Source: Octopus sinensis (Eukaryota). Taken from it: a stretch of 54,564 nt of DNA. A program made the position numbers and the translations under genes. The DNA is taken from NCBI RefSeq assembly GCF_006345805.1, contig NW_021833804.1, positions 1-54,564 of the forward strand, in the 5' to 3' direction. The notes beneath the pieces are model-generated. The model was not told the DNA's origin, made no database searches, and saw only the letters and a list, made by a program, of their open reading frames with translations. Shown here piece by piece: positions 36,652-49,400 of this stretch. How positions within the stretch are numbered: the first letter of the stretch is position 1; the number at the start of each line of letters is the position of its first letter.

Positions 36652-37013
36652 GTAAAATTTTGAATTCGCCTTAAATGGTCCTTTTAATACTGAACACTTG
36701 GTGAAATTGATTAATTAATTAATTTTACCCTCAATTGTTGATATTATAATTCATTTCTCTCGGTCATACTGCCTCGGTTCTCGCGGTTAAAATATAATGT
36801 TTGCTAGATAGACCACGTGGGTGGAAGGGGATTGAAGAAATTTACGCCTGCGCATTTTGAATTTGTTGACACTGTTAGTTGGAGTGGTTCATCTGAAGCG
36901 ATAAGTTCGCTGATAGGTAAAGTTCCTTCTTTTTAGTGTTTCCAAATCCAAATTAAGAAATTTTGAGCTGACGATAGAAATGCTGATTTTATTTGGCTAA
37001 TCTTGAAACGTTG

Positions 37014-37310
37014 ACGTACTCAAACGATCTATGTACTTGTGATATTTTTCTGTATTTACCTCCAAACTTTCGTGGGCTGTCTGGAGTAAGCATTATCTGA
37101 GAGAAATTTTCTTTAAGTAGTAGAAATGCTAAGAAAATTTTTTTTTTTTTTTGGCTACTATTTCTACTAAGTTCAGTATGTGGCAAAGTAATTTATTTTA
37201 CTAAGCCCTAATTATATAATGTAAAATTTTGAATTCGCCTTAAATGGTCCTTTTAATACTGAACACTTGGTGAAATTGATTAATTAATTAATTTTACCCT
37301 CAATTGTTGA

Positions 37311-37311
<1 letters not shown>
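37014..37311 (+). repeat. Near-identical direct duplicate of 36442-36742
   Basis: One substitution plus poly-T length differences over ~300 bp; includes the MITE interior, right TIR and ~90 bp of flank. Confidence 0.92.
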
Positions 37312-37346
<35 letters not shown>

Positions 37347-37495
37347 AAACAGAAGAGGGTGTGTATTTCCACGCAGGAAAAAATATAGGCAAATTTGTTG
37401 TTGAAAATGCACCTATATTTAGATGCACCAAATTTCGTTACATTTTCAACAACAAATTTGCCTTATATACATACATACATACATATATACATACC

Positions 37496-37562
<67 letters not shown>

Positions 37563-37657
37563 CATACATACATACATACACATACATACATACATACATA
37601 CATACATACATACTACATACATACATACATACATACATACACGCATATGTATATATA

Positions 37658-37818
37658 GGACAGTCTTTCAGTTTCCGTCCACCGGATCCACTCACGAGGC
37701 TGTGGTTGGTCCGAATCTATGGCAGAAGACACTTGGCGAAAGTGTCACGTAGTAGGACTGAACCCAGATCCATGAGTTTGGGAAGTAAGCCTCTTACCAT
37801 ACAGCTACGCTCACGCCT
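37658..37818 (-). mobile_element. Diverged 5' half of SINE family B
   Basis: Reverse complement matches 33125-33280 (GGTTCAGTCC B-box, AAGTGTCTTCT, GACGGAAACTGAAAG). Confidence 0.75.
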
Positions 37819-37860
37819 ATATATCTATGTCTATATATATATGTGTATATATATATATAT

Positions 37861-38843
37861 ACTTTGATACTTTGATACTTTGATAGGTTTCGGCCATTAT
37901 TGGCCCAGGCCATGTCTAACTTAATAGCACCACCTGGTGAAGTCTTTCAAGTCAGAATTTGGGCACTATGGCCCACTCAAGTAGAGAGTTATTGTTTACA
38001 GAGACATATCCGGGTGTAGGGGGTTTACCCGGGATTTCTTGAAGGAATCTGTCCAAAGACTTCTTGAACCCTATAGAGTCAGTTTCTATTTTAATGTGTT
38101 TTGGTGTAATGTTAAAGAGAGCGGGGCCAATTGAGGTGAAATAATTGTGCCGTATTGTTGTTATGAGATGAGAGTGCGATTTTTGTTTTGGGCGGATGGC
38201 ACGGGGCCCAAGCCTTGGATGTACCTTAAAGGTGATGCCAACATCATTTGGGCAATGCTGATGGAATATTTTCCACATCATGCAGATGATGTAGCGCTCA
38301 CGACGACGTTGGAGAGAATAAAGTTTTAGCTTTTCTAGTCGACCCCAATAGTCGAGGCCTGTCATGCCATCTATCTTTTTTGTGATTGCCCTTTGAGGTG
38401 CTTCAACTTTTATGATACTTTGTATTGTCTGGGGACACCACAGTGGACAACAGTATTCAAGGTGGGGTCGGGCAAAAGTGGAGAAGAGAAGGATAATGGT
38501 GTGGATATCTCTCGACTGGAAAGTTCTGAGAATCCAGGAACACATTCTGCGGGCCATGTCAACTTTGGTGTTTATATGAGTGGCCCAGCTTATGTTGTTG
38601 TCCACAATTACTCCCAAGTCTCTGATGTTGTTGGACGCCGCGAGAGTTTCACCTGAAGGAAGGGAGTATGGGAGTTTCAGGGCATCCTCTTTTCCAAAGT
38701 GGATTAACTCAAATTTATCCTCGTTCAGCAGCATATTGTTTTTTTTCTGCCCATTGGATAACAGCCAGTAGATCTGACTGAAGGCATGTCCGGTCACTCG
38801 CCTCATTTATGACCTTCTGTAGCTTGGAATCATCTGCAAAGAT
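37861..38843 (-). mobile_element. CR1-group LINE, 5'-truncated at the RT FADD motif, (ATCAAAGT)3 tail
   Basis: [10 protein letters not shown]...RDLGVIVDNNISW...RPHLEYCCPLW...LYSLQRRRERY; 8-bp terminal repeats at 37861-37884. Confidence 0.9.
37952..38843 (-). pseudogene. RT C-terminal half of CR1-type ORF2
   Basis: Open except for one frameshift at the T-run near 38740-38748. Confidence 0.88.
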
Positions 38844-38976
38844 TTTTTTTTTTATATATATACATACATATATATACATATATAAATATATATATATACA
38901 TATATATATATACATATATGTATACATACATATATATACTTATATATATATATATACATACATACATACACACATA

Positions 38977-39009
<33 letters not shown>

Positions 39010-39275
39010 GCGTGTGTGTATGTTTGTTTGTAAAGAGATAAAAGATGGAGAACCATTATATATGGTCGTAACTTATCTACAGGTATTTGTCTATCGTTTG
39101 TCTCTTTGTTACTTGCTCGAGCTATGTATTTCTCATGGTCAACTCTTATTCTGCCGGTCTATCTTACCCTGATTAAGAAGTTGGAATTTAAGAATCTCAC
39201 CAATGTGAACACTATTTCGGTGCCTATCTATTCTTATATTAATTTCTCTTCATTCAGGACACACCCACACACACA

Positions 39276-39327
<52 letters not shown>

Positions 39328-39681
39328 ACAGAGGCAGCAGACAGTGCCCTAGTATAGCCGCTGTCAATGACTAAGACAATAATGTAAAATATGTGTGTGT
39401 GTGTGTGTGTGTGGTTGTCTGTGTGTTTGATTGTCTGTGTGTGTGTGTGATTTCTAAAAATGAAAAACGTTTAATATTTATTTCTACACAGCGTAGAGAT
39501 TGGTATGAATTGCTGTCGTAATCAAGTATATCATTCCTGGATATGTACATAATACCAGCCTGAATTCGAACCCGGAACTCTTACTTCTAGATTGAATTAC
39601 ATGATTTATTTACAAAAATTTCTATGAATCCTTTTTTTGATTTGCTTCTGCTCCATCTTATTTTCTCTTTTACTTCTTCAG

Positions 39682-39738
<57 letters not shown>

Positions 39739-39907
39739 ATATATATATATATATGCATGTGTATGAGGGTGTGTATGTGTGTGAATGTATGTATATTGTA
39801 TGTACACGCACACACAGCGATGTATATATAACGGGAGAGAGTATATATATATATATATATATATACAGATATAGATATATGTATGCATACATACATACGT
39901 ATATATA

Positions 39908-39951
<44 letters not shown>

Positions 39952-39972
39952 TATATATAGATATATATATAT

Positions 39973-40029
<57 letters not shown>

Positions 40030-41131
40030 CGCAATGTCTATTTTCCTATTCTCTCTCACCATATATATATATGTATATATAAAGAAAGAGAGAGAGAGAG
40101 AGGGGGGAGAGAGAAGTCATTATTCAGTGTCCAATATTTAAGGATTTCTCGCCATCTTCTCTCCAACAGACCCAGAAATGTCAAATACGGTGCCTTCAGC
40201 AAATTCTAAAGGACTACTTGCTAATTGATTTCCTGTGTTCCCACCGAAGTTAGGTGAAGTCCTAAACATATTTAAACACCGAATGATTGAATCAACGCTG
40301 AACCACAAGAGAAAATCAAGAACATGTTTTCCATGCAAGAATTTCAACCAATACATTGCAACGTATAATTTCGTCCAATAAAATAGTTTAGAGTTCCATC
40401 CATTTTCTCTGACAATTCCACCAATAAAAGCAGTAATATTTACCATCAACACTTCTTAGATGCCTTCCTAACGTTGGCCGTTATTCTACAATGTATTTGA
40501 ATTGCAGCGAGTAAATAACTAATTCTGCCGTGTTTTTCTTTCTATGTAGCTTTTTGGTCAAACTTAAATCTACAATTTCCTGGTTTCAAAATCGAGAATA
40601 GAGGAAAATTTACATTATTTCCGAGTGGTGGTGTTTGTGGTTTTGGTTGTGTCGAATTAGGTGGTGGTGGTGGTAGTGGTGGTGGTGGTGGTAGCCTTGG
40701 TAGGAATCATCGTTGTCGCCGTCATCGATATCATCATGGTCGTATGTTTAGCCCCAGTTCAGAAAGTGTTGAGTATAGCAATAATCAAATCCGTTCCAAT
40801 CATGACCATCCTGTATTTTCTCTTTACAGATAGAGTATATCTAGGACTACATTCTCCAATCCATTGACACATTCGTTTATAGAAAAATAGCAGTTACTTA
40901 CTTGCGGGAATTTGGCCGCAATTTTTGCGGTTGGGTCGACAACTTAGAGCCCCGCAAAAGAGATTAATGCTGGTTGCGATAACCAGGAGTACCTAAAATT
41001 TCATACATCACTAAAACATTATATTTTGAAGCTATGAACTGCCTGTATATGTCGGCCACCTGTTTTAGCTTCTAGCATCTGGCCTACACTTGTATGTATG
41101 TGTACGTATGTATCTCTCTCTATGTATATAC

Positions 41132-41197
<66 letters not shown>

Positions 41198-42105
41198 ATG
41201 TACGTATGTATGTCTTATATCAGAGTGACCTTCTCCTAGAGACGTGCTTTAACAAAAGCTGAGGGGCGCCTCACTCCCAGTGGTCTTTCAGCACGCCGGA
41301 CACCACCCCGGAATTTCTACGTACCCGTGCTAACATTTATTGGATGGCCGTTGACTCTGATATAAAACCAGATATGCAGGGAATGGCATTGAACATTTTG
41401 GGGATCTTTGGTTTGTGCTAGAGATCACGGCGCTCCCACATCCCTGAGCCTGCGACTCATATTGGCACCAGACATCTTGCTCCGGCTTGTCTCTGGATAA
41501 TGTCAATAGAGTGGAGAGGGTCTATGAGGTGTTGTGCAAGCCTTATTGGACCTAAAACTCTGCACAGGCATTGCCGACCTTTTTTTTTTTTTTACCTATA
41601 TATATCTATCCTATTTTTAGTATATATTTTCTTCATTTTTAGTATATATATATTTTTTCTTATTCGGAAGTCCTGCGGCGATGGGAAGGTGGTGAAGCAT
41701 GCAGACCTGACGGGTTGGAAGCATGTAGTCTGCGACCTGCACGTAGGCGGCCCATGCTAGATATAAAGTCGTCTCCTTTTCGCCCAAGACAGCGGTAGGA
41801 TTCGGTTGCTGCATGGGTGTCTGAGCAGCTCCATTTGGAGAGGGCACTGCTCACCCGGAGATCAGGGAGGTTCTAGAAAAGGTGAACCAAAAAGTGCCTG
41901 TCTTTCCATATCTGACGGATGTCGGATGTCCACTCTGACGGATGTCCACTCTGCGCTCGAAAAACAAAGAGTCTTTTATTTATAAAATCTGGACGGAACT
42001 TAAACATTTCATGCTGGAATGTGCGTACTCTGTTGGACGTATGTATGTATTTGTAGAAAGTTGAAAAGGAACACACGAGTTGATATATATGGAAACAATG
42101 TCAAT

Positions 42106-42439
42106 ATAGAAAATGCTAAAATAATTTTATAAAAAACATTTCAGTACCGCTTTCAGTCATTGAGTCTTCTTCAACTGTAAGTATGGAAAACAATTATATT
42201 TTGGAAAAATTAACAGAAAATTTTTTAAATGAATATTTGCATAGTGTTCAAATACAAGTGGCAGTGTCCTTGTTTCTGCCTGTCTCTGTCTATTTGAAGT
42301 CTATGCAAATATTCTTTTAAAAAGACTTTTCTTTTAATTTTTCAAATTTAATTGTTTTCCATACTTACAGTTGAAAAAGACTTAATGACTGAAACCGGTA
42401 CTGAAATGTTTTTTATAAAATTATATTAGCATTTTCCAT
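42106..42439. mobile_element. Fold-back MITE (~148-bp arms, ~36-nt loop)
   Basis: 42106-42254 is a close reverse complement of 42291-42439 (GAAAATGCTAA...CATTTCAGTACCG...CAACTGTAAGTATGGAAAACAATT). Confidence 0.88.
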
Positions 42440-43191
42440 CTTTACTTTTTTTCCATATATATATATATTTGCATATTTATATATTTATATGCATACTTAT
42501 GTATATATACACATATATAGATAAATGCATATATATTTACGTTGTATGCATGTATGTATTATGTATGTATGTATGTATGTATGTATGCATGCATGTATAC
42601 ATATACTTGAAGGACACAATAAGAGGGATCAATATTCCCTATAAAAGACCTGCTAACGACATTCTGTTGTTTATATTCAATGTTATATCAGCATTTTCGG
42701 TCAATCGTTCCACAAAGGAGCAAAGCATCGTGTATGAAATTCCTTCATATAATTAGCAAGACAAATAATAAATTCTTTTCTGGTACCAAGTTATATTCGA
42801 TTATGAATAATCATATACATACACACATAGCTACTTACACATATACACATGCATACACACATGAATACATATACACATACATATATAAATATAGACATAT
42901 ATACATATATATACACACACGCATACATAATGTATGTATAAACCGACACACAGTGGTATATATGTGTGTGTGCGCGCGGGTGCGTGTGCGTGTTTGTGTA
43001 TGTACTTACGTATATATTTGTATATATAGTAACATCTAATGATGATGGTGATGTTGCTGATGAGAGGCAAATAATTAGATAGACCGCATCTCTATATCTG
43101 TATATGAATATACATCTATATGTATATTTATATACACCTACAGACATGTAGTATATCTACCTATTTGTCTACCATCAACATGTATCATCAA

Positions 43192-43194
<3 letters not shown>

Positions 43195-43251
<57 letters not shown>

Positions 43252-43306
43252 CATATATATAATATATATATATATGTATATATATATATATGATATATAT
43301 ATATTG

Positions 43307-43373
<67 letters not shown>

Positions 43374-43482
43374 TATATATATATGTCTGTATGTATCTAT
43401 ATATATATGTATGTATGTATATATATTATGTAAGTATATATATCAAACAATATATATGTTTGTGTATATATATATATTATAT

Positions 43483-43514
<32 letters not shown>

Positions 43515-43547
43515 ATATATATACATATATATATACATACTACATTA

Positions 43548-43612
<65 letters not shown>

Positions 43613-43615
43613 ACA
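43195..43615. repeat. Imperfect (TA)n tract
   Basis: Directly visible. Confidence 0.95.
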
Positions 43616-44201
43616 TCTATGCATATACATATATATTGAGATGTAAACATACACACATACATACATGATTAAAAAAGCAGATTTGATAGAAAAATTCCCT
43701 CTAGTTCCTTCTAATTCCATTGTCTGCCAAATCCTTTTCATGAATACAAATAAAATCTATTATCAATACTTCGTTATTGCTGTTATAATTGTTGTTTTTT
43801 CTATTGTTATTATATATTGTTTATAAATAAAAAAAAGATAACCTCACGCCATCTAGATATGGTATACAAAGAGTGTGTATTATACATATGAGGTTTTTCA
43901 TTACAAGTATTCTAGTTGATTTATTTGGAAGATAACAAAACAGTTAGTGTCATAAATCTTAAAATATAGAATTCAACATTCGAGTTATCACACAAAATGA
44001 TGCGAGTTTTTTTACATTTTGTCTCTTTGTTAACGTTCTTTAGGTTCGTTCATATCTGTCCAACATACGTACACATATGACTCTATGTGTGTGTGTATAT
44101 ATATATATAATACACACACACATATGTATATATATACATGGTAGAATAATTTTTACAATGTGAGTGTGGTGTGTTTATTTATCTATATATATATATGTAT
44201 T

Positions 44202-44244
<43 letters not shown>

Positions 44245-44605
44245 CATATATATACAATATATATATATATATATAATATTATATTATATATTTGTATGTG
44301 TGAGTGAATTAGAGTGTGTGTTTGTGTGTGTGCATTTTACATATAATGAGTACTATCGTAGAATTTCGATAATATTTTTGTCTGGTATATACTAACATTG
44401 TAGAGGAAAATATTTCTACACTAAAAGTTAAATTTTAAAAACATAGGGACACATTTATTATATATTTAGAGGGAAAAGGATGAGAACCAAAACGTCAAAC
44501 TGTTAAATGGATGATGATGATGATGATGATGTTTAAGATAATTGTAATGATGATGATGATAGTAACGATAATGGACAGGGTTTGTAGGTGCGTAGGCATA
44601 TAGCC

Positions 44606-44684
<79 letters not shown>

Positions 44685-44735
44685 ATAGGTAGGTAGGTAG
44701 GTAGGTAGATAGGTAGATTGATAGATAGATAGATA

Positions 44736-44899
44736 TGTTTCTTTATTAGCCACACAGGGCTGCACACAGATAGAACAAATTACAAGGTAGAGCTTTTCTT
44801 TTGAAGGTTTAAAAAAAAAAAAAAAAAAAGGAGGGGGAGAGTTTCGATCAAAAGGGATCGTAAAGAAGAGAGAGAGAAGAGGACAAAAGAAAGGGGGTG

Positions 44900-44930
<31 letters not shown>

Positions 44931-45825
44931 AGAGGAAAAAAAAATTCATCAATAGGGATCGTTATCACAGAAATGTCAATATGAAGTGTAAAGGGGAGGA
45001 CAGGTGAGGTTTACCCGTGGAAAGAAAAGCCTACGGAAAAGACCACGGTAACCTCGGTCAATGAAGTCACATTTTATATTTCTTTTTTTTTTTTTTTCTT
45101 TTTGCAAATAAGCAACTCTCTGTTTTCGATTTCTGGGTTCATAGGACTATGCTCAAGGTGGCTTCGTCATTCATACGTGCCATTCTTGCTACATTCACCC
45201 ATCTTTTTTTAAAACATTCGCTAGACAAAACTTGCCTCTCTACTCTCACTTTCCTTTTCAAGTGGTACTTGAAGAAGTTGATGAGAGATTGACCAGAGAG
45301 GAAAGTGTTTGTCTCCAATCCTTTCAGACGCGTCCACCAGATACATTCTTTCGCCATAGCCACAAGGATGATGAAAATAGCTCTTCCTTCCCGTTTGAAG
45401 GAAGGAGGCGTGACAATATTGACGATAGACTCAGCTGATAAACCGACTCGTCAACACGTGACAGCAGTTGTTCGACATAAGCCCACAGGTCGGAAATTGT
45501 TGGACACTGAACGAGTGCGTGCAGAACGGTTTCGTCGCTCTGACCGCATCTCGGCAGGTCGGCCCCGTGTTTCTCGAGCCGTGTCTGTAGAGCTTATCCC
45601 GAACGGTAGCGCTTCTCGGTAGCACTGCCAGGCCAGGGATCTCTGGAAGTTGTCCATGGGCCCTGGCCCGAAAGTCGTCCCGAACAGGCGGGTCAGGTAC
45701 TCCTCGTCGACGTCCAGGTTCGCCCCGAGCTCGTCGTCGTACCTCCCCTCCACTAAACCCCTATAGAATGCTTTGGTTTGTTTGAAGTCACTTAAGGTCG
45801 ACCCAGGACGGCAGAGTTGCTTGAG

Positions 45826-45826
<1 letters not shown>
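44736..45826 (-). mobile_element. L1/Tx1-clade LINE 3' end (~1.1 kb) flanked on both sides by (GATA)n
   Basis: ORF2 C-terminus with zinc knuckle C-PRC-GQSDETVLHALVQC (one base lost), stop at 45139-45141, 3' UTR ending GGCTAATAAAGAAAC; (GATA)n at 44608-44735 and 45827-46015. Confidence 0.8.
45139..45826 (-). pseudogene. Tx1/L1 ORF2 C-terminal region
   Basis: FQRSLAWQCYREALP, CCHC motif, AMAKECIWWTRLK...KKRWVNVARM; frameshifted. Confidence 0.75.
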
Positions 45827-45885
<59 letters not shown>

Positions 45886-45917
45886 GATAGATAGATAGAT
45901 AGATGATAGATACATAG

Positions 45918-46015
<98 letters not shown>

Positions 46016-46473
46016 GTAGGTAAACAGAGAGATACACACAAGTTTGTGTGGTGTGTGTGCTGTGTGCCTGTGCGCGTGCCTATTTGTGAATACAGAGTGC
46101 AGGAGGTATTTGTCGACATTTAATTGTCACAACATACATTATTCTCTTCAGACCAAATAAAAGATTCTTATATTGTTTCGGGTCCGCCGTGGCACACAAA
46201 ATGCTAGCATAAGACATGAAAAGCCTTGCATTCAATGTTGTCACACCTGTGAAGTACAGTAATTTAATATTTGCTGACTTTTGAAATGTTGCAAGATCTT
46301 CTGTACTCAAAGTTCGGATGAAATTGGAAGCATTTTGAGTGTATATTTCAACTGCGTCAAAAAGAAAAATATCCTAAACGCTTAAACATTCTAAGGATAC
46401 CGCAATTTAGTAAACAGTTCCGAAACATTATCGGTAATGAGACTGGAAAATCAATGATGCCATAGCCTGATGA

Positions 46474-46609
46474 GCCGGAGCGATCTGTCAAAGAACCTCA
46501 TGTGCCGGAGCGATCTGTCAAAGAACCTCATGTGCCGGAGCGATCTGTCAAAGAACCTCATGTGCCGGAGCGATCTGTTAAAGAACCTCATGTGCCGGAG
46601 CGATCTGTC
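46474..46609 (+). repeat. 30-bp minisatellite, ~4.5 copies
   Basis: GCCGGAGCGATCTGTCAAAGAACCTCATGT x4 (one C>T) plus a 16-bp partial copy; no spacers. Confidence 0.97.
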
Positions 46610-46854
46610 GGGACTGTAGCGCGTAAGTACATTCGATACAAGTCATATGTACGGAAGAGAAACAATTCATATCTACAAAGACCCAAGAAAACCGTTTGAT
46701 CTGTGCCAAGCAGTTGCTTATCAAGGTTAAAACTCCTCACGATTAATAGTAAGCTTTGGTTTTCTCTAGTAAGAAAAACATCGACCAAAACCAAACCAAA
46801 TTTGACAGGATAATGACGTATGATAAAATGCAGAACCTTCTAATCTCCCCTGAG

Positions 46855-47230
46855 TCATGTACACAAAGTTTCCAGCAACTGTGATGGTTTTAGGAGTACT
46901 GAGTAAGAAAGGTACATCGGCTACCTCTCATCTTTCCATAAAGCCTTAGGATCAATGCTGTTGGATACGCTGAGATATTGGAAGTAGTTGGACCCTGGAT
47001 GGATAAACTACGCAGTAGAAGGCTATATGTTTTCAACATGACTCAGCATCCTCTCACAAACCACCTTATAACTCAGGAACGGATGACTGCCGATCTTCAC
47101 GATCATATAACACCAAACTTGTGGACCCCATACTTGCCAGATTTAAATCCCATGGACTACTACGTCTGGAACACTAATCGAGATCCTTCACTGAAGGCCG
47201 CTGTTTGCCCCGGAGATGGTCAAAATCAAT
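46855..47230 (+). pseudogene. DD37D (maT-like) transposase fragment
   Basis: KFPATVMVLGV, FQHDSASSHK...LWTPYLPDLNPMDYYVW; D codons at 47040 and 47155 are 115 nt apart (37 residues plus one extra base). Confidence 0.75.
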
Positions 47231-47299
47231 AACGGCCATTTAATACAGCAAAGTTAATGTTTATTAAAATACATTTCACTTTCAAAATTTAAAGAATCT

Positions 47300-47700
47300 A
47301 ATTATTCTATGAACGCCTATTTTCACAGGGATAATCGCTCTGGTTCAGACATTGGTTACAACGCGAGGAAATGGAATCACAAACATCAAGAAATATTTCG
47401 TTGAGTATTTGTGCGCATTCGTGTTTAATGGCTACCCCCGCCCCCAATTCATCGAATGTAGCCGGGATTTTTAACGTAAATTTTGTCATTTGAGTATCCA
47501 TTTAAAGATGTCTAGTGGTGTGCGGTTCAGCGATCGTGGACGATACTCTACTGTACCCCCTCGTCCAATCCAATTGTTCGACAAAATTTTATCAAGGTAG
47601 ACCCTTACCTTTCTATGGTAATGTGGGAGCTGGACCATCTTGCTGGAAACACAACTTTACATCTTCAAAATCCTCTTGAATGCTTAGCTTGATAGATTAC
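47300..47700 (-). pseudogene. DD41D (rosa/VS-like) transposase fragment
   Basis: FQQDG..HYHRKVRVYLD...NWIGRGGTVEYRPRSLNRTPLD; D codons at 47637-39 and 47510-12 are 127 nt apart (41 residues plus one base); C-terminal ECAQI..DVCDSISSRCNQC. Confidence 0.7.
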
Positions 47701-48074
47701 CGTAACAAGCTCGAGTAAATGCGACCAGTTACATTAACATCAAAACAATTATCTATTTAACCCTTTTGATGGTAAACTCTACCAAAGAGTAATTCCTGTT
47801 AGGTTAACATGATTTTCTTTCGTAATATGCAAAATTTCAGGTTCCAAGTAGGATCAAATATGGTGGTTAATTAAGCTAGTTAATTTAAATGGGGCCTCAT
47901 CAATTCAAATAACCTTTGTTGGAAAGTGTGCATCATTTACACTTCTCTGGTACCTACTCGATGACTCACATTGTTTTGTTTTTGTTCGCTATTTCTGTTC
48001 TCTACAATCAGATCTGGTCTTCGGGTTTCAATAGTACTTCAGTCTTTTTGTGGAAATCCCATAATATCCTATAA

Positions 48075-48812
48075 TTATTTATAATTATATAACGGTGGTC
48101 GCCAATTTATAACGGCGTGGGTATTGAGAAAAATGATGAGTGGCAATTTATGACAGTGTGTGCCTTTACCATTAGCAATGGCTTCTTTCTTCGCCATTTT
48201 CAGGGATTCTGCAAGAGATGTCATGTAGGTTTCTAATTCTCTTCTGACAGAACGAAAAATCATCGGTGCGTTCGATTGCACATGAACAACCGATGTTAAT
48301 GTAAATTTAACCGCCATCCTTTCGAACTCGTTAATATAACGAACCACTCAGAAACGACTGATCAGCGTGATTTTTAAACAGTCAGACGAGACATTTCGCG
48401 AGACTTGCTCCAAACGTTTGCATTCTGTGTCCCTGAAATCTTAGAAGTAGTGGACTTAATCCATTGCTAGGTTTAACACAACTATCTTGTCCTTGTGTAC
48501 TGTTAGGGCATTTCACACTATTACAGTTATTCGGCATTTGGTCTGTCTCCCCGGTTTTAGCATAACTTTCCCTATTTTTCTCAATAGTTGTGGAGTATCT
48601 GAAAAAGAAGCCATAAAGTCAAGGACACTGTCTTTTACTCTCCCTAGGTAGTAAAATAATTCACAGTTGGAATTCGCATCAATTATTCCAGTTATTAACC
48701 CCGTATTTCAATACGTTTTTAACCGATACTGTGCATGAATTAATGCTTTTCTTCCTTCCAGCTCTTCACCCAGTTTCCTTGTAACTTTCCTCTCTTCTTC
48801 TTGCCAATACTG
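48075..48812 (-). pseudogene. Decayed reading frame of unknown origin (246 codons, 5 internal stops, no frameshift)
   Basis: Manual translation in one frame; non-repetitive, protein-like composition; family not recognised. Confidence 0.4.
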
Positions 48813-49129
48813 TCATCAGATATTATGTTACCTTCTTAACATGGCGACTAACTTCAGGAAAATTCCGTTTAACATGGTTTTCTTACGTTTTTGCCTTTTT
48901 TTTCCCATTTTATTTTACTTTATCTTATTGACTTATTTTGCTATCCAGCAGAACAGAAGAGGAAATGATTGCACAAATTTTAATAAATTATCTTGGTTGG
49001 TCGACAGGAAAAATTATTCAGGAATTATTTAACGTGGAATTTTACTAAAAAACAACAATCGGAATCTTCTTTAGTGATTCAAATTTACAGCTTCGTACAC
49101 AATGATAATGCAGTCTCATATATACAAGT

Positions 49130-49163
49130 ATGTATGTATGTATATATATATATAATATATATA

Positions 49164-49249
<86 letters not shown>

Positions 49250-49342
49250 ATATATATAGATATATATGCATACATACATATAGCATAATAACGTATATAT
49301 ATATATATGTCTACATATATATGTATGTATATATATATATAT

Positions 49343-49390
<48 letters not shown>

Positions 49391-49400
49391 TATATATATA
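49130..49400. repeat. (TA)n tract
   Basis: Directly visible. Confidence 0.95.

Noticed and set aside
40153-40870. Two good splice-acceptor-like tracts (CTTCTCTCCAACAG at ~40156, TTTTCTCTTTACAG at ~40816)
   Set aside because: Downstream frames are short and unrecognisable; such motifs are common in AT-rich DNA.
46474-46609. CRISPR-like 30-bp direct repeats
   Set aside because: Units are contiguous with no spacers, there are no cas genes, and the context is eukaryotic.
46461-46630. Hammerhead starting at CTGATGA (46467)
   Set aside because: A weak stem II is possible, but there is no GAAA core and no stem I or III pairing.
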